Of a stretch of 43,868 bases of DNA, positions 9,635-18,313 are shown in pieces (position 1 is the stretch's first letter; each line of letters begins with the position of its first letter). Location: positions 1-43,868 of IMG/VR virus record IMGVR_UViG_3300032024_000167; one strand, written 5' to 3'. Position numbers and translations under genes: made by a program. This stretch comes from a virus (taxonomy: Duplodnaviria; Caudoviricetes). Below the pieces are notes generated by a model. The model was not told the DNA's origin and ran no database searches. It saw nothing but the letters and a program-made list of their open reading frames with translations.

Positions 9635-9880
9635 TCAGACCTGCTGGAGCAATTCCTGCAGGGCCGCGATGGCGCCGTTGATGCCGTTCACGACATCGGC
9701 TTTCTGTTCACCAGCCGCGGCGGTCTTGTCGGCAACGACCACCTGGGCGGCTGCGACTTGGGTTTGCACTTCCGCCAATGCCACGCGGGCCGCATCTAGT
9801 TCGGCCGACGCAGCAACGTGTTCCTCGACCTCGACCTTTGTTTAAGCGATCGCCGCTTCGACTCTTGAGAAATCCAACAT
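9635..9880 (-). pseudogene. 81-codon coiled-coil gene interrupted by an in-frame TAA
   Basis: SD GAGGTG; MLDFSRVEAAIA*TKVEVEEHVAASAELDAARVALAEVQ...LQELLQQV*; stop at 9842-9844. Confidence 0.75.
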
Positions 9881-9921
9881 TGAAAACACCTCACAGGTTT
9901 GAGTGAAAGGAAAACAGTTGT

Positions 9922-11799
9922 TTACGCTGCGACGTCTCGCAAGTCGATTGTGGCGTTCTCGACTGCCGACACCTCACCTGCGACAGCGATCGCCCCACCG
10001 GTCGGACTGTAGTGCGTCCCGTCGTCACTCGTGTAGGCAGCCAGGAAGGTCGGAATGGCGTTGTTCTCCGTTCCGCGTTCCACCATGTCGAGCCATGGGT
10101 TATAGAACGGCACCCGCCAAGCAATCGCTAGGCCACACAGGGCGCGATTCCACCAACGCACTGCCTTGGCCTCGTACTGGTCGGCGTTGGCCGTACTGGA
10201 GTACGGAGGCAACCCAACGAGCGTGATCCGTTCGCCAGCGTCGAGAATATACTCCGCGATGGAGGAGACTGCTTTGGTCAACGTGGCTACGATCTTGGCA
10301 GCGTCCGCATCGTCTGCCTTCGTGGCCCCCGACACGTCATTGACGCCGATTCCGCTAAACAACCAGTCACAACCAAGTCCGAGTAACTCGCATCCATCGC
10401 CTGCACCGGGTGTCGTGCTGCGAAACAACGTGGCTTCGACACCAGATGATCCAGCGAGCGACTTACCTGCTTGGCCATGTAGAATCCACATTCGCGGCTT
10501 CGTCAGCGACGACGGCAGTCCTCCTAGTCGAGTCGTGTTGGGTGAGCGGAGTGTATCAGCGCCAGAGCCTTGAATCGTTTGGCTGTCTCCGATCATGACC
10601 ATCGGCTTTACGCCCGCGACGATTTTGGCGAGGCTGTTGTAGGTTCCAGTAAGTCGAATAAGTCGCGGCTCGTAAGTGGCCAACGCGTAGGTGTAAAGCG
10701 ACCCACGCGTGCTGGTGAACTTTACTGCGTGAGAATGAAATCCGTCGTCCTGGTAGCGATTCTGCCAGTAGAGATCGTACTGCTTCTGGCCAGCTGTGTA
10801 GTGCCGCCAGCCAAGTGTGAGATCCATCGTGTCGCCCGCCTGCGACTGCCCTCCAAGGGCCGGCAGGTTCACCGTTTTGGCGTTGAACACCATGTCGTTC
10901 TGTAGTGCGACCGCACTGCCACAGTCGAGCTTGAGCGACTCCAGCAGATTCTCAGTGGCCGCGCCATTGAAGTCGCGAATCTCGACCGTCAAGGCTTTCG
11001 TATCCCCGACCGCCACGCCCTCCAGCTTGCACGCGTAGTTGTGCGAATCCGAATTCACCACAAGATACGTCTTGCCAATTGGACTCGACGGAACGATCTC
11101 CTGCTCGATGTAATTCGGAGACGTGTAGGTAATGTGCAGTCTCGGAATCAATCCGCTATTCGCGGTAGAAACGTGACTTGATCCTGTGACCGTGGCCTTG
11201 GTCAACGTCGCATCATTCCACGCCGTCCCCTTCACAACGTAGGCAAAACTGTCCTGTGCATAGGTGCCAGACGCGGCGCGCGAAAGGTAAGGCGTGGTCG
11301 ATACCGAGTTATTTCGCAACGCCCGAAAACCGATGTAGTATTTCTGGCCTGCGACGAGCGTCACCGACAACGGAGTCGCCAGTGTCTTGACCAGGACGAT
11401 ACTGCCAGTGGTTCCCACATCGGCAGCAATTAGTCCAGTCGTGGCTACCAGGGTGTAGACGCTCGCATCGATCCGCCATACGTCGAGAGCCCACGAATAG
11501 ATTCGATTGGACTGGAGGAATGCCCCCGCGAGAACGAAACGCGTAATCACCTTCGCACCGGGCGTCACATCCCAGTGCATCGCCACGCCGTGGTGGGCTC
11601 CGTCAGAATTGACCGGCATCCCGGCAGAGGTTTCCAATGCAAGATAATCGTCACTAGCGGGCGGCACGGTACTCGCCACAGCCGTATCTGCTGACGGTCC
11701 GTAGTTGTAGGTGACGAGTTCGTTCGGGTCATAGGCTGGCGACACCAGGCCACCCTTCACGACCTCTGTCCCGCCGATAAACTGCGGCATTCCGGGCAT
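9922..11799 (-). CDS. Putative head fibre/spike with C-terminal SGNH (GDSL-type) hydrolase domain (625 aa)
   Basis: SGNH blocks IGDSQT, GQAG, GIGVND, DDGTH; follows the spike-base gene. Confidence 0.75.
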   Translation of the reverse strand: MPGMPQFIGGTEVVKGGLVSPAYDPNELVTYNYGPSADTAVASTVPPASDDYLALETSAGMPVNSDGAHHGVAMHWDVTPGAKVITRFVLAGAFLQSNRIYSWALDVWRIDASVYTLVATTGLIAADVGTTGSIVLVKTLATPLSVTLVAGQKYYIGFRALRNNSVSTTPYLSRAASGTYAQDSFAYVVKGTAWNDATLTKATVTGSSHVSTANSGLIPRLHITYTSPNYIEQEIVPSSPIGKTYLVVNSDSHNYACKLEGVAVGDTKALTVEIRDFNGAATENLLESLKLDCGSAVALQNDMVFNAKTVNLPALGGQSQAGDTMDLTLGWRHYTAGQKQYDLYWQNRYQDDGFHSHAVKFTSTRGSLYTYALATYEPRLIRLTGTYNSLAKIVAGVKPMVMIGDSQTIQGSGADTLRSPNTTRLGGLPSSLTKPRMWILHGQAGKSLAGSSGVEATLFRSTTPGAGDGCELLGLGCDWLFSGIGVNDVSGATKADDADAAKIVATLTKAVSSIAEYILDAGERITLVGLPPYSSTANADQYEAKAVRWWNRALCGLAIAWRVPFYNPWLDMVERGTENNAIPTFLAAYTSDDGTHYSPTGGAIAVAGEVSAVENATIDLRDVAA

Positions 11800-11840
11800 G
11801 ATTTACTCCGTTCCTGTCTGGCGTTGCCGACGGTTGTGAC

Positions 11841-12089
11841 CTACCAGCCGACCAGCAAGCCGCTGGCCGTCGTTCCGGTCCGATAGACCTTGGTGATGAA
11901 TGCGCCAACGAGTCCACCGCTCTGAATCGGAATCGATAGTGACGAACCATCGAGCAGGTCAACCTTCACGACGCCGCCGACAGTAGCCATGATCCAGCGG
12001 ACTTCTTTCGTTGGCGTGAAGTCGGTCGCCGAAAGGTCGACGGATTGGCCACCCACGATCGGACCTAGGTGTTGTGTGTACGAACCCAT
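11841..12089 (-). CDS. Head spike base-like protein (resembles RcGTA Rcc01079 family, 82 aa)
   Basis: RWIMATVGGVVKV...KVYRTGTTASGLL pattern recalled from that family. Confidence 0.6.
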   Translation of the reverse strand: MGSYTQHLGPIVGGQSVDLSATDFTPTKEVRWIMATVGGVVKVDLLDGSSLSIPIQSGGLVGAFITKVYRTGTTASGLLVGW

Positions 12090-12108
12090 TTGTTTCTCTC
12101 CGCGATGA

Positions 12109-12477
12109 CTATTGCCTAGCGACGTCGCCCGCTCCGCCCAACTTGGCCTTTATTTGCTCTATGTTGGCGGCCATCTCGTCGTGGTCACGAGCGTTGCTTT
12201 CAAAGAACATTTTTGTTTGTCGCTGCACTTCCACGATCTCCTGTAGCACGGTCGTCGACTGGCGAAGCGTCTCGTCCATTTTCTGCAGGGTTTGCGAAGT
12301 CGACTCGAGCAATCGCAGGTGGCCATCCACGACCGGCGGGATGTACTTCCAGGCAATGACACACATGAAAAACACCAGGGCCGTGCTCACGCCGAATGTC
12401 TGGAGCCACCGAATCCACGTTTCGGCCGATACTCCGAGCCACCTGGCCGCGCCGTTTCCGTTCTCAACTGACGCCAT
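12109..12477 (-). CDS. Holin-like membrane protein (122 aa)
   Basis: One hydrophobic segment (FGVSTALVFFMCVIAW) followed by a coiled coil. Confidence 0.5.
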   Translation of the reverse strand: MASVENGNGAARWLGVSAETWIRWLQTFGVSTALVFFMCVIAWKYIPPVVDGHLRLLESTSQTLQKMDETLRQSTTVLQEIVEVQRQTKMFFESNARDHDEMAANIEQIKAKLGGAGDVARQ

Positions 12478-12596
12478 TTCAAGTCCGTTCTAGCGGTCGT
12501 GCCGCGGGCGGGATCAATCGGAGTGATGGTCCGCTGGCAGTCGCACGTGATCCATCAGCGGCTGCCAGCGGGTGAACGAAGCCGTCCTGGCTTCGA

Positions 12597-12833
12597 CTAT
12601 CGCGATAACGCACGCCGGAAAATCACAAACCGACGCCCGGTTCGTTGGTACGTGGTCCGGGCCCGCTTGACTTCAGCGATCGGGCGCGCGACCAGGACGG
12701 AACGTTCCGTTTTCTTCAAAACCTGCTTGACCGGACGACTCTCCGGAGTGCACACGCCCCCCGGGCACTGGCCATTGACGGTCCCCGCGACCAGCATGAC
12801 GAGCAGTGCGATCAAAAATATCAACCCCTTCAT
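12597..12833 (-). CDS. Small secreted basic protein (78 aa)
   Basis: SD GGAG; signal peptide MKGLIFLIALLVMLVAG followed by QCPGGVC. Confidence 0.7.
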   Translation of the reverse strand: MKGLIFLIALLVMLVAGTVNGQCPGGVCTPESRPVKQVLKKTERSVLVARPIAEVKRARTTYQRTGRRFVIFRRALSR

Positions 12834-12894
12834 GGGTATCTCCCTAATTTGTGTTCGCGTTCCTATGTTATGGCTCAGCAGCTGCGAGGCGTCG

Positions 12895-13311
12895 TCAGAA
12901 CGTCTCGCTACACGCCTCAGCAATGGCAGCGTCGAGTTCTTTGTCGCTCATCGTCTTCGCCTGCGTGAACACCTCGTCCACAACTCGCGAAGCCTGCCGC
13001 CTCCAACGGAAACCAGCACAACCGCCAACAGAATTGCGGATCTTACGATCCGCTTTCACCTTCTGACCACGTGAAGGGTTCTTGATCGATTCACGGATTT
13101 CAACGTTGTTCTGCGGGCAGTTCTCCATGATGCCGCTGATCGCCGCCATGATTGCTTCGATCAACGCTGCCCACCCGATCGCCGAGTAGCCGGCGATAAT
13201 CCGGGGAGGATTCCCGGCGTCGTAATCGTCGATTCCGTCCGACACGTCTTTTTTCTGCGCGCCGATCGCACCAGCCGCGACACTAATCGCAAAGTCCTGC
13301 AAAATCTTCAT
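12895..13311 (-). CDS. Hypothetical protein (138 aa)
   Basis: SD GGAG; one hydrophobic stretch. Confidence 0.65.
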   Translation of the reverse strand: MKILQDFAISVAAGAIGAQKKDVSDGIDDYDAGNPPRIIAGYSAIGWAALIEAIMAAISGIMENCPQNNVEIRESIKNPSRGQKVKADRKIRNSVGGCAGFRWRRQASRVVDEVFTQAKTMSDKELDAAIAEACSETF

Positions 13312-13365
13312 CCGTTGGTCTCCAGCTCAAAATGGGTTCAATTCACGTGCTTCGTAGCACGCATC

Positions 13366-14184
13366 CTATTCGGTCAATTCAGTGTCGATGTACCCGATGG
13401 CTTCATCGGGGACAGCATTCTTTCCGGTCATTTCAATCACGTCTTCTTCGTTGTGCGAATTGCGAATAATCCACACCAAGTTCTGGTACACACCTTCCTC
13501 GAATCGCATCGCCTTAATCGCCATCGCATGGCCAAGGTGAATCCAAGCACCATGTAACGGCCGTCCATAACACAGGATGGACAGGCAGTGCTGCGTCATC
13601 ACATCATCGCCAGCTTTGGGATTCGTGTCCCACGCTGTTTTCATCCGGTGCTTGGCTCGTTCCGTGTCCCACCCCGGCTTGTACTTGCGATAGTCCGTAC
13701 TAAGCGAGTTGGGAATGTACTCGGCTGGCGCAACACCCTTATCGCGTGAGCCCTGCAGGAACTCGTCCAGGAAATAACCTGCGTTCCGCCAGTTGACAAG
13801 CCAGCCCATTGAGACGGGAGCGAGCTGGACGCACGGCTTGCCTTCGGCTGCTTCGACGGTCATCTGGCACGCGGTGCCGCTCCAGGTCCAGCAGTATTTG
13901 AGTCCGTTTTGATACCACCTCGTGCCAGGTGGGCACCAACTGGAATACATGTGGTGAATGGGAAGCGACTTTTCTGCCCAGCAGCGGGCCAGGACTTCCT
14001 TGTAGGAATCTTTCGGAACGAGAATATCAGGGACAGACTCAACGGGGATGATCCCCTTTCCGATTGCGACTGAATCACCGTATCGGAACCGTCTTGGGAT
14101 GACCTGCGGCTCACCGACTCCGATGTGCTCGGTGAGTATCGCAACGTCGGATGGGTTGTCCATGTCGATGCGAAGAACGCTCAT
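13366..14184 (-). CDS. Papain-like (C1-type) cysteine peptidase (272 aa)
   Basis: Q-x4-CW (YQNGLKYCWTWS), GHAM and IRNSH catalytic motifs in the expected order. Confidence 0.75.
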   Translation of the reverse strand: MSVLRIDMDNPSDVAILTEHIGVGEPQVIPRRFRYGDSVAIGKGIIPVESVPDILVPKDSYKEVLARCWAEKSLPIHHMYSSWCPPGTRWYQNGLKYCWTWSGTACQMTVEAAEGKPCVQLAPVSMGWLVNWRNAGYFLDEFLQGSRDKGVAPAEYIPNSLSTDYRKYKPGWDTERAKHRMKTAWDTNPKAGDDVMTQHCLSILCYGRPLHGAWIHLGHAMAIKAMRFEEGVYQNLVWIIRNSHNEEDVIEMTGKNAVPDEAIGYIDTELTE

Positions 14185-14906
14185 TTTAGCACCTCCGTTG
14201 CCAACAACGCATCCAACTCCTTCGCAGTCGCCGGTAGCGGGAAGTCAACGACCTTACCGCCGTCTTTCGATGCGACAGCGACACGCGGCATCGGATCACC
14301 ATCGACGGCGTTGTAGAAAGGTCGGAATTTGCTTTGTGGGCTGGGTGCCGCATTGCCCGCCAGGACACCCAACAGACTGTGACCAGCTGCTTTCAGCTTC
14401 TCGCGGTACGCCATCGAGTTGAGAATTTCCCGTTGGTCCGCTGTCAGATTGTCCAACTGGTCGGGCGAGTAGAACAGGACCACCTGATACGGGCCGCCTG
14501 GTGGCAGAGGCGGCGGGGGAGGGGGGACTGGAGGTGTACCACCCAACACCTTGAACGTCGCTTTCTGCGAAATCTTTCCGTTCCCCAGAAAGTTGTTGAA
14601 CGTGATCGACTTGCCTGTTCCATCAATGAACGTGATAGGCTCTACGTGAATCCATTCGAGCTGGTATTCGATCGTGTATTCACCGGGCGGAGCGCACACA
14701 ACGAGGTGTGTCGCGTCTACCGTATGCACGTTGACCTTCGGAGGGATGACCCACCCTGGTCCATCGACCTTGGCTCCTTGGGGAACCGCCGATTGAACTG
14801 ACACAGGAATCGGCACGTGCTCCCTGTTCTCGGCCGGAACATCGATTTGCGCCAACGCACTGGCAGTCATCGCCAGCCAGGCGAGCAGGAGAATGATCGG
14901 TCTCAT
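14181..14906 (-). CDS. Secreted protein with poly-Pro linker (241 aa)
   Basis: Signal peptide MRPIILLLAWLAMTASALA; PPVPPPPPPLPP linker. Confidence 0.75.
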   Translation of the reverse strand: MRPIILLLAWLAMTASALAQIDVPAENREHVPIPVSVQSAVPQGAKVDGPGWVIPPKVNVHTVDATHLVVCAPPGEYTIEYQLEWIHVEPITFIDGTGKSITFNNFLGNGKISQKATFKVLGGTPPVPPPPPPLPPGGPYQVVLFYSPDQLDNLTADQREILNSMAYREKLKAAGHSLLGVLAGNAAPSPQSKFRPFYNAVDGDPMPRVAVASKDGGKVVDFPLPATAKELDALLATEVLK

Positions 14907-15169
14907 TGCACGGACTCCGTTGGTTTCACCCGTAGCTTGACGGGCAGTGCCTTGCCGGCCACGTCGAGTTCGAACTCAAGGCCATTCTTTTCGACGTGGT
15001 CGATCAGTTCGGCCAGGTCCTTCGCGACATCCCGTAAGGTCTCGACGCCTTCTTTCAGCGTCTTCTGCAACGCCTGGTCCGCGTTGTCGATCGCCTGGTC
15101 GGCCTTGGCGAGCGTCGCGTCCGCGTGGTCCGCAACCGCCATCGCTCGCTGCTTCAGTCTTCGGAACAT
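14903..15169 (-). CDS. Hypothetical helical protein (88 aa)
   Basis: Stop overlaps the start of the downstream gene. Confidence 0.7.
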   Translation of the reverse strand: MFRRLKQRAMAVADHADATLAKADQAIDNADQALQKTLKEGVETLRDVAKDLAELIDHVEKNGLEFELDVAGKALPVKLRVKPTESVQ

Positions 15170-15185
15170 GTTCTTCTCGTGTATT

Positions 15186-15238
15186 CAAAACAGGCGGTTG
15201 GCCGGTTTCGGTGTCGTCGGCCGGCCCCGGCCAACCGC
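15186..15238 (-). terminator. Putative terminator/hairpin after the major capsid gene
   Basis: 12-bp inverted repeat GCGGTTGGCCGG (15194-15205) / CCGGCCAACCGC (15227-15238), followed on minus by CTGTTTT. Confidence 0.5.
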
Positions 15239-15262
15239 TAGGAAGCGAACAGTGCGTAACGA

Positions 15263-16273
15263 CTAGGCCGTGACGCCCGTGATGAGGTGTCCCGCCTCGG
15301 CGTGCAGAATCTTGACGTGCCGCTTGTTGCGCGCCCGGATGATTCCGCCTCGCCGCGATTCCTCGCGGTACTCTTCGATGATCAGTGACGATTCGCCGTC
15401 GTCGTCGCCAGGGATCGACGCGTTGCCTTCGCTTGCGAAGACCGTACGGCCGATATTCGGCACCGGGGACTCCAGGTCGCCGGTCATGCCGTCCTCGTTG
15501 ATGTGGCAAACCATCGCCTTGGTGGCGTCCCAGACACGCGAGAACGAGGCCGCTTGGCCCTGGTCAGTGGTGTTCTTGAATCCACGTCCAACGATGATCT
15601 TGCTGAGCCCGAACAGTTCCTGCAGGCCGGAAATCAGACCCAAGTTCTTCGGGTCATCCTTCCCGCTGTACTTCAACAGGTCCTGCACCTGGGCTGTGCG
15701 TTTGAGCTTCAGCAACGCGTAGTCGCTCAAGACCAACGCATTCGGCGCCATCCCTGAGGAGGTCTTCACCTTCTCGATCGCGTTGTCGATGTCGGTAATC
15801 GGGACGCCAGACGCAGCCGTCGACCAGATCCCCGCGGTAGCCGTCGTCAATGCGGCACCCGTCCACGTCGACGTGTTGAAGACGGCGGTGGCAATGGCGG
15901 CTTCCAAGGCCATCAGCACGCGGTGAATCGCCCGCTGAGTGGCGATCGATTCCGCACGCAGGATGTCTCCGTACCGCTCGATCAGCAGATCGTCGACAAC
16001 CTCCTCGACGCCATGCTCCTTGCAGTCGTACGAGTCCGTCTTCCACTGGAACGTATCCCGGGCGTACGCCGATCGCGGGCCGCGCTCCGTGTCCTCCGTC
16101 TTCCGCAACAACTCCTCGACATCGATCTTGGCGAACGACGCCGCGTCCTTGGCCACTCCGATGGCGGGCAGGACCTGTAGACCGATGTAACCCAATCGAC
16201 TCGCAGCCAGGTTGAACTCGGCGTAGCTCATCGACAGGTCAAACCGTGTGATTGCAACACTCGGACTTGCCAT
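15263..16273 (-). CDS. Major capsid protein (lambda gpE-like, 336 aa)
   Basis: Position after protease and cement genes; PITDIDNAIEKVK...PNALVL pattern. Confidence 0.85.
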   Translation of the reverse strand: MASPSVAITRFDLSMSYAEFNLAASRLGYIGLQVLPAIGVAKDAASFAKIDVEELLRKTEDTERGPRSAYARDTFQWKTDSYDCKEHGVEEVVDDLLIERYGDILRAESIATQRAIHRVLMALEAAIATAVFNTSTWTGAALTTATAGIWSTAASGVPITDIDNAIEKVKTSSGMAPNALVLSDYALLKLKRTAQVQDLLKYSGKDDPKNLGLISGLQELFGLSKIIVGRGFKNTTDQGQAASFSRVWDATKAMVCHINEDGMTGDLESPVPNIGRTVFASEGNASIPGDDDGESSLIIEEYREESRRGGIIRARNKRHVKILHAEAGHLITGVTA

Positions 16274-16360
16274 GTTCTTTTACTCCGTTTGTGTGATTTC
16301 TCTGCCGAGAGGCAGTTGGTTTTCCCTTGCGATCAGCCAGCCGTTTCGCCGGCCGCAGTA

Positions 16361-16735
16361 CTACGCCGGCACAGCTGTGGCCACGTTCGGCAGTACTTCG
16401 ACAATCGAGCCGTCTCCGCTGGCCGCTAGAATCGCTTGGCCGATCTCAACTTCGCCACCACCGGTGACATCGTCGACCTTGCCGCCCGCGGCGCCGTAGA
16501 TCTTGGCGCCGAGAGCAAAAGCACCGGCCGCCACGAACTTACGGGACCCGCAAACGTTGTTCGGAATGACCTGCGCCTTCGTGTCACCGCTCAGTACGGT
16601 GTCAGCCAGCGTGCCAATCCCCTTTTCGGTGGCCGAGCACGCGGCCAATGCCGTTCCGCTCCACTTCACACGCAAGTACTTGGCCAAAGCCGTTCCGTCG
16701 TGCGGAAGCGTCAAAGTTCCTGTTCTGGTTTCCAT
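16361..16735 (-). CDS. Capsid cement/decoration protein (DUF2190-like, 124 aa)
   Basis: Gly/Ala-rich with AAGAFALGAKIY...IGQAILAASGDG; directly upstream of the capsid gene. Confidence 0.75.
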   Translation of the reverse strand: METRTGTLTLPHDGTALAKYLRVKWSGTALAACSATEKGIGTLADTVLSGDTKAQVIPNNVCGSRKFVAAGAFALGAKIYGAAGGKVDDVTGGGEVEIGQAILAASGDGSIVEVLPNVATAVPA

Positions 16736-16819
16736 CTATAACCCCCCAAATCGTGTTTCGTTTGATGTTGAGTACCACTGGCCATCGGCCAGGTGCCGGC
16801 GACGTCGCGCTATTCGGCG

Positions 16820-17326
16820 CTATTTCGCGCTATCGGCCTCCGTGTCGAACTTTTCGTTGATCAGGCGAGTGGCCTTCCGACTTCCGTTGGTGGCCAATAA
16901 GAACGCTCGGTGCAGATCCGGATTCGCCTTCGCCACGAGCATGACCGCCGCCTGTCGAGTCAAGCTCGCGTTCGCCTTCATACGCTCGCGAACTGCCACG
17001 TCCATGTCGCAAATCGGGTCACCGGTGGCGCCGACATAGCCGTCTTCATCCACGGTGGACTGCTTGCCGAGCGGTTCGACACCGGGCTTCTTCGCGGCGG
17101 CCGAGGCCTGCTCGAGCTGCTGCTTGTGCGTGGCCTCGTTGTCGGCCTGCTGCTTCTGCATCTGCTCGAGCCGCTGCTCCAACACGGAAGCCCAGGCGGT
17201 CTGTGCCTGCTGAATCGTCGCGCCCTTCTCGAGCTGCGACACGATGAACGAATCATCCGCCTTCGGCAGCGACTGCTTGATTTCCTGCAGCGTGGCGGCC
17301 GTGATCGGATTCTCCTGAGTCGTCAT
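16820..17326 (-). CDS. Nested scaffold protein (Nu3-like), internal in-frame start
   Basis: Strong SD AAAGGAG before in-frame ATG (MTTQENP), after the protease domain. Confidence 0.7.
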   Translation of the reverse strand: MTTQENPITAATLQEIKQSLPKADDSFIVSQLEKGATIQQAQTAWASVLEQRLEQMQKQQADNEATHKQQLEQASAAAKKPGVEPLGKQSTVDEDGYVGATGDPICDMDVAVRERMKANASLTRQAAVMLVAKANPDLHRAFLLATNGSRKATRLINEKFDTEADSAK

Positions 17327-18313
17327 GCCTACTCCTTTCCGGCGTCTGGCCGGGCTTGAATTGGACAGGTTGCTGATCACCTGGTCGATCGTTTGAATCG
17401 CGTCGACCAGACCATAACCAATCGCCTCAGACGCCGGATGAATCCTGCCGTCGGCGATCTTCTTCACTTCATCAATCGTCAGGCCACGCCCGCGCGCGAC
17501 CCCGTTCAGAAATTCCTCGTTGAGTGCGTTCACGATGCGCTGGACTTCAGCCAACTGGGCCTCGGTAATCTCCGTGCCGGGGACGCCGGCACCCTTGTAT
17601 TCACCAGCTCGCACGACGTGCACCTTGACGCCCAGCTTCTCGGCCACCTTGCTCTGGTCGTAGAGAACCGCGTACGTCCCGATCGAGCCGACCAGGGCGG
17701 TCGCGTTGTTCGCGAAGACTTTGTGCGCCTGGCTGGCGACCCACATGGCCGCCGAGGCGGTCAGGTCCTCGATGTACGCATAGACCGGCTTGTGCTTCGC
17801 GGCCTGGGCCACATCCGCGGCCAGGTCGGCGGTGCCGGCGACGGTTCCCCCCGGAGAATCGATCGCAAGCAGGATCGAACCCACTCCGTCGTCGGCAACC
17901 GCCTGCCGCAGCTGTCGTCTGGCAAACACCGTGCTGGCTCCGTCGCTCATCGACGAAACGTACTTCATCATCGGGCCGCGCAAGGAGATCACAGCCACGC
18001 CATCGCCGGCAACGGTGTACAGCCTCTTCTCGTCAGAGGCAGCCGCTGCGGGCTCGCCGGTCCTATGGGAAACCGACGAGCCCGCCTCCGCCCGGTCCCA
18101 CCGCGGGTCAAGGTGGTGAATCGAACCACGGTGAGATTCCAAGTGCGCGTGCAGGTTGAGGCCTTGAACTCGATCGACTGCTTGACGAAAACGCGATTCC
18201 TCGATCGCCCACAGGCCGAAGAAATCATCAATGACCGCAGCGGGAACGCCATCGAGGTTTCGCAAATTGTGCTGGATGATCGACGACAGGTCGAAGTCAC
18301 TCTTCTTTGCCAT
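16820..18313 (-). CDS. S49 (SppA-like) prohead protease with C-terminal scaffold (lambda gpC-like)
   Basis: IDSPGG, ASAAMWVAS, VGSIG and GEYKGAG motifs; likely start MAKKSDF at 18313. Confidence 0.9.
   Translation of the reverse strand: MAKKSDFDLSSIIQHNLRNLDGVPAAVIDDFFGLWAIEESRFRQAVDRVQGLNLHAHLESHRGSIHHLDPRWDRAEAGSSVSHRTGEPAAAASDEKRLYTVAGDGVAVISLRGPMMKYVSSMSDGASTVFARRQLRQAVADDGVGSILLAIDSPGGTVAGTADLAADVAQAAKHKPVYAYIEDLTASAAMWVASQAHKVFANNATALVGSIGTYAVLYDQSKVAEKLGVKVHVVRAGEYKGAGVPGTEITEAQLAEVQRIVNALNEEFLNGVARGRGLTIDEVKKIADGRIHPASEAIGYGLVDAIQTIDQVISNLSNSSPARRRKGVGMTTQENPITAATLQEIKQSLPKADDSFIVSQLEKGATIQQAQTAWASVLEQRLEQMQKQQADNEATHKQQLEQASAAAKKPGVEPLGKQSTVDEDGYVGATGDPICDMDVAVRERMKANASLTRQAAVMLVAKANPDLHRAFLLATNGSRKATRLINEKFDTEADSAK

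Noticed and set aside
9842-9844. Alternative genetic code (stop codon reassignment)
   Set aside because: Single case; TAA, TAG and TGA all end coupled genes normally elsewhere.
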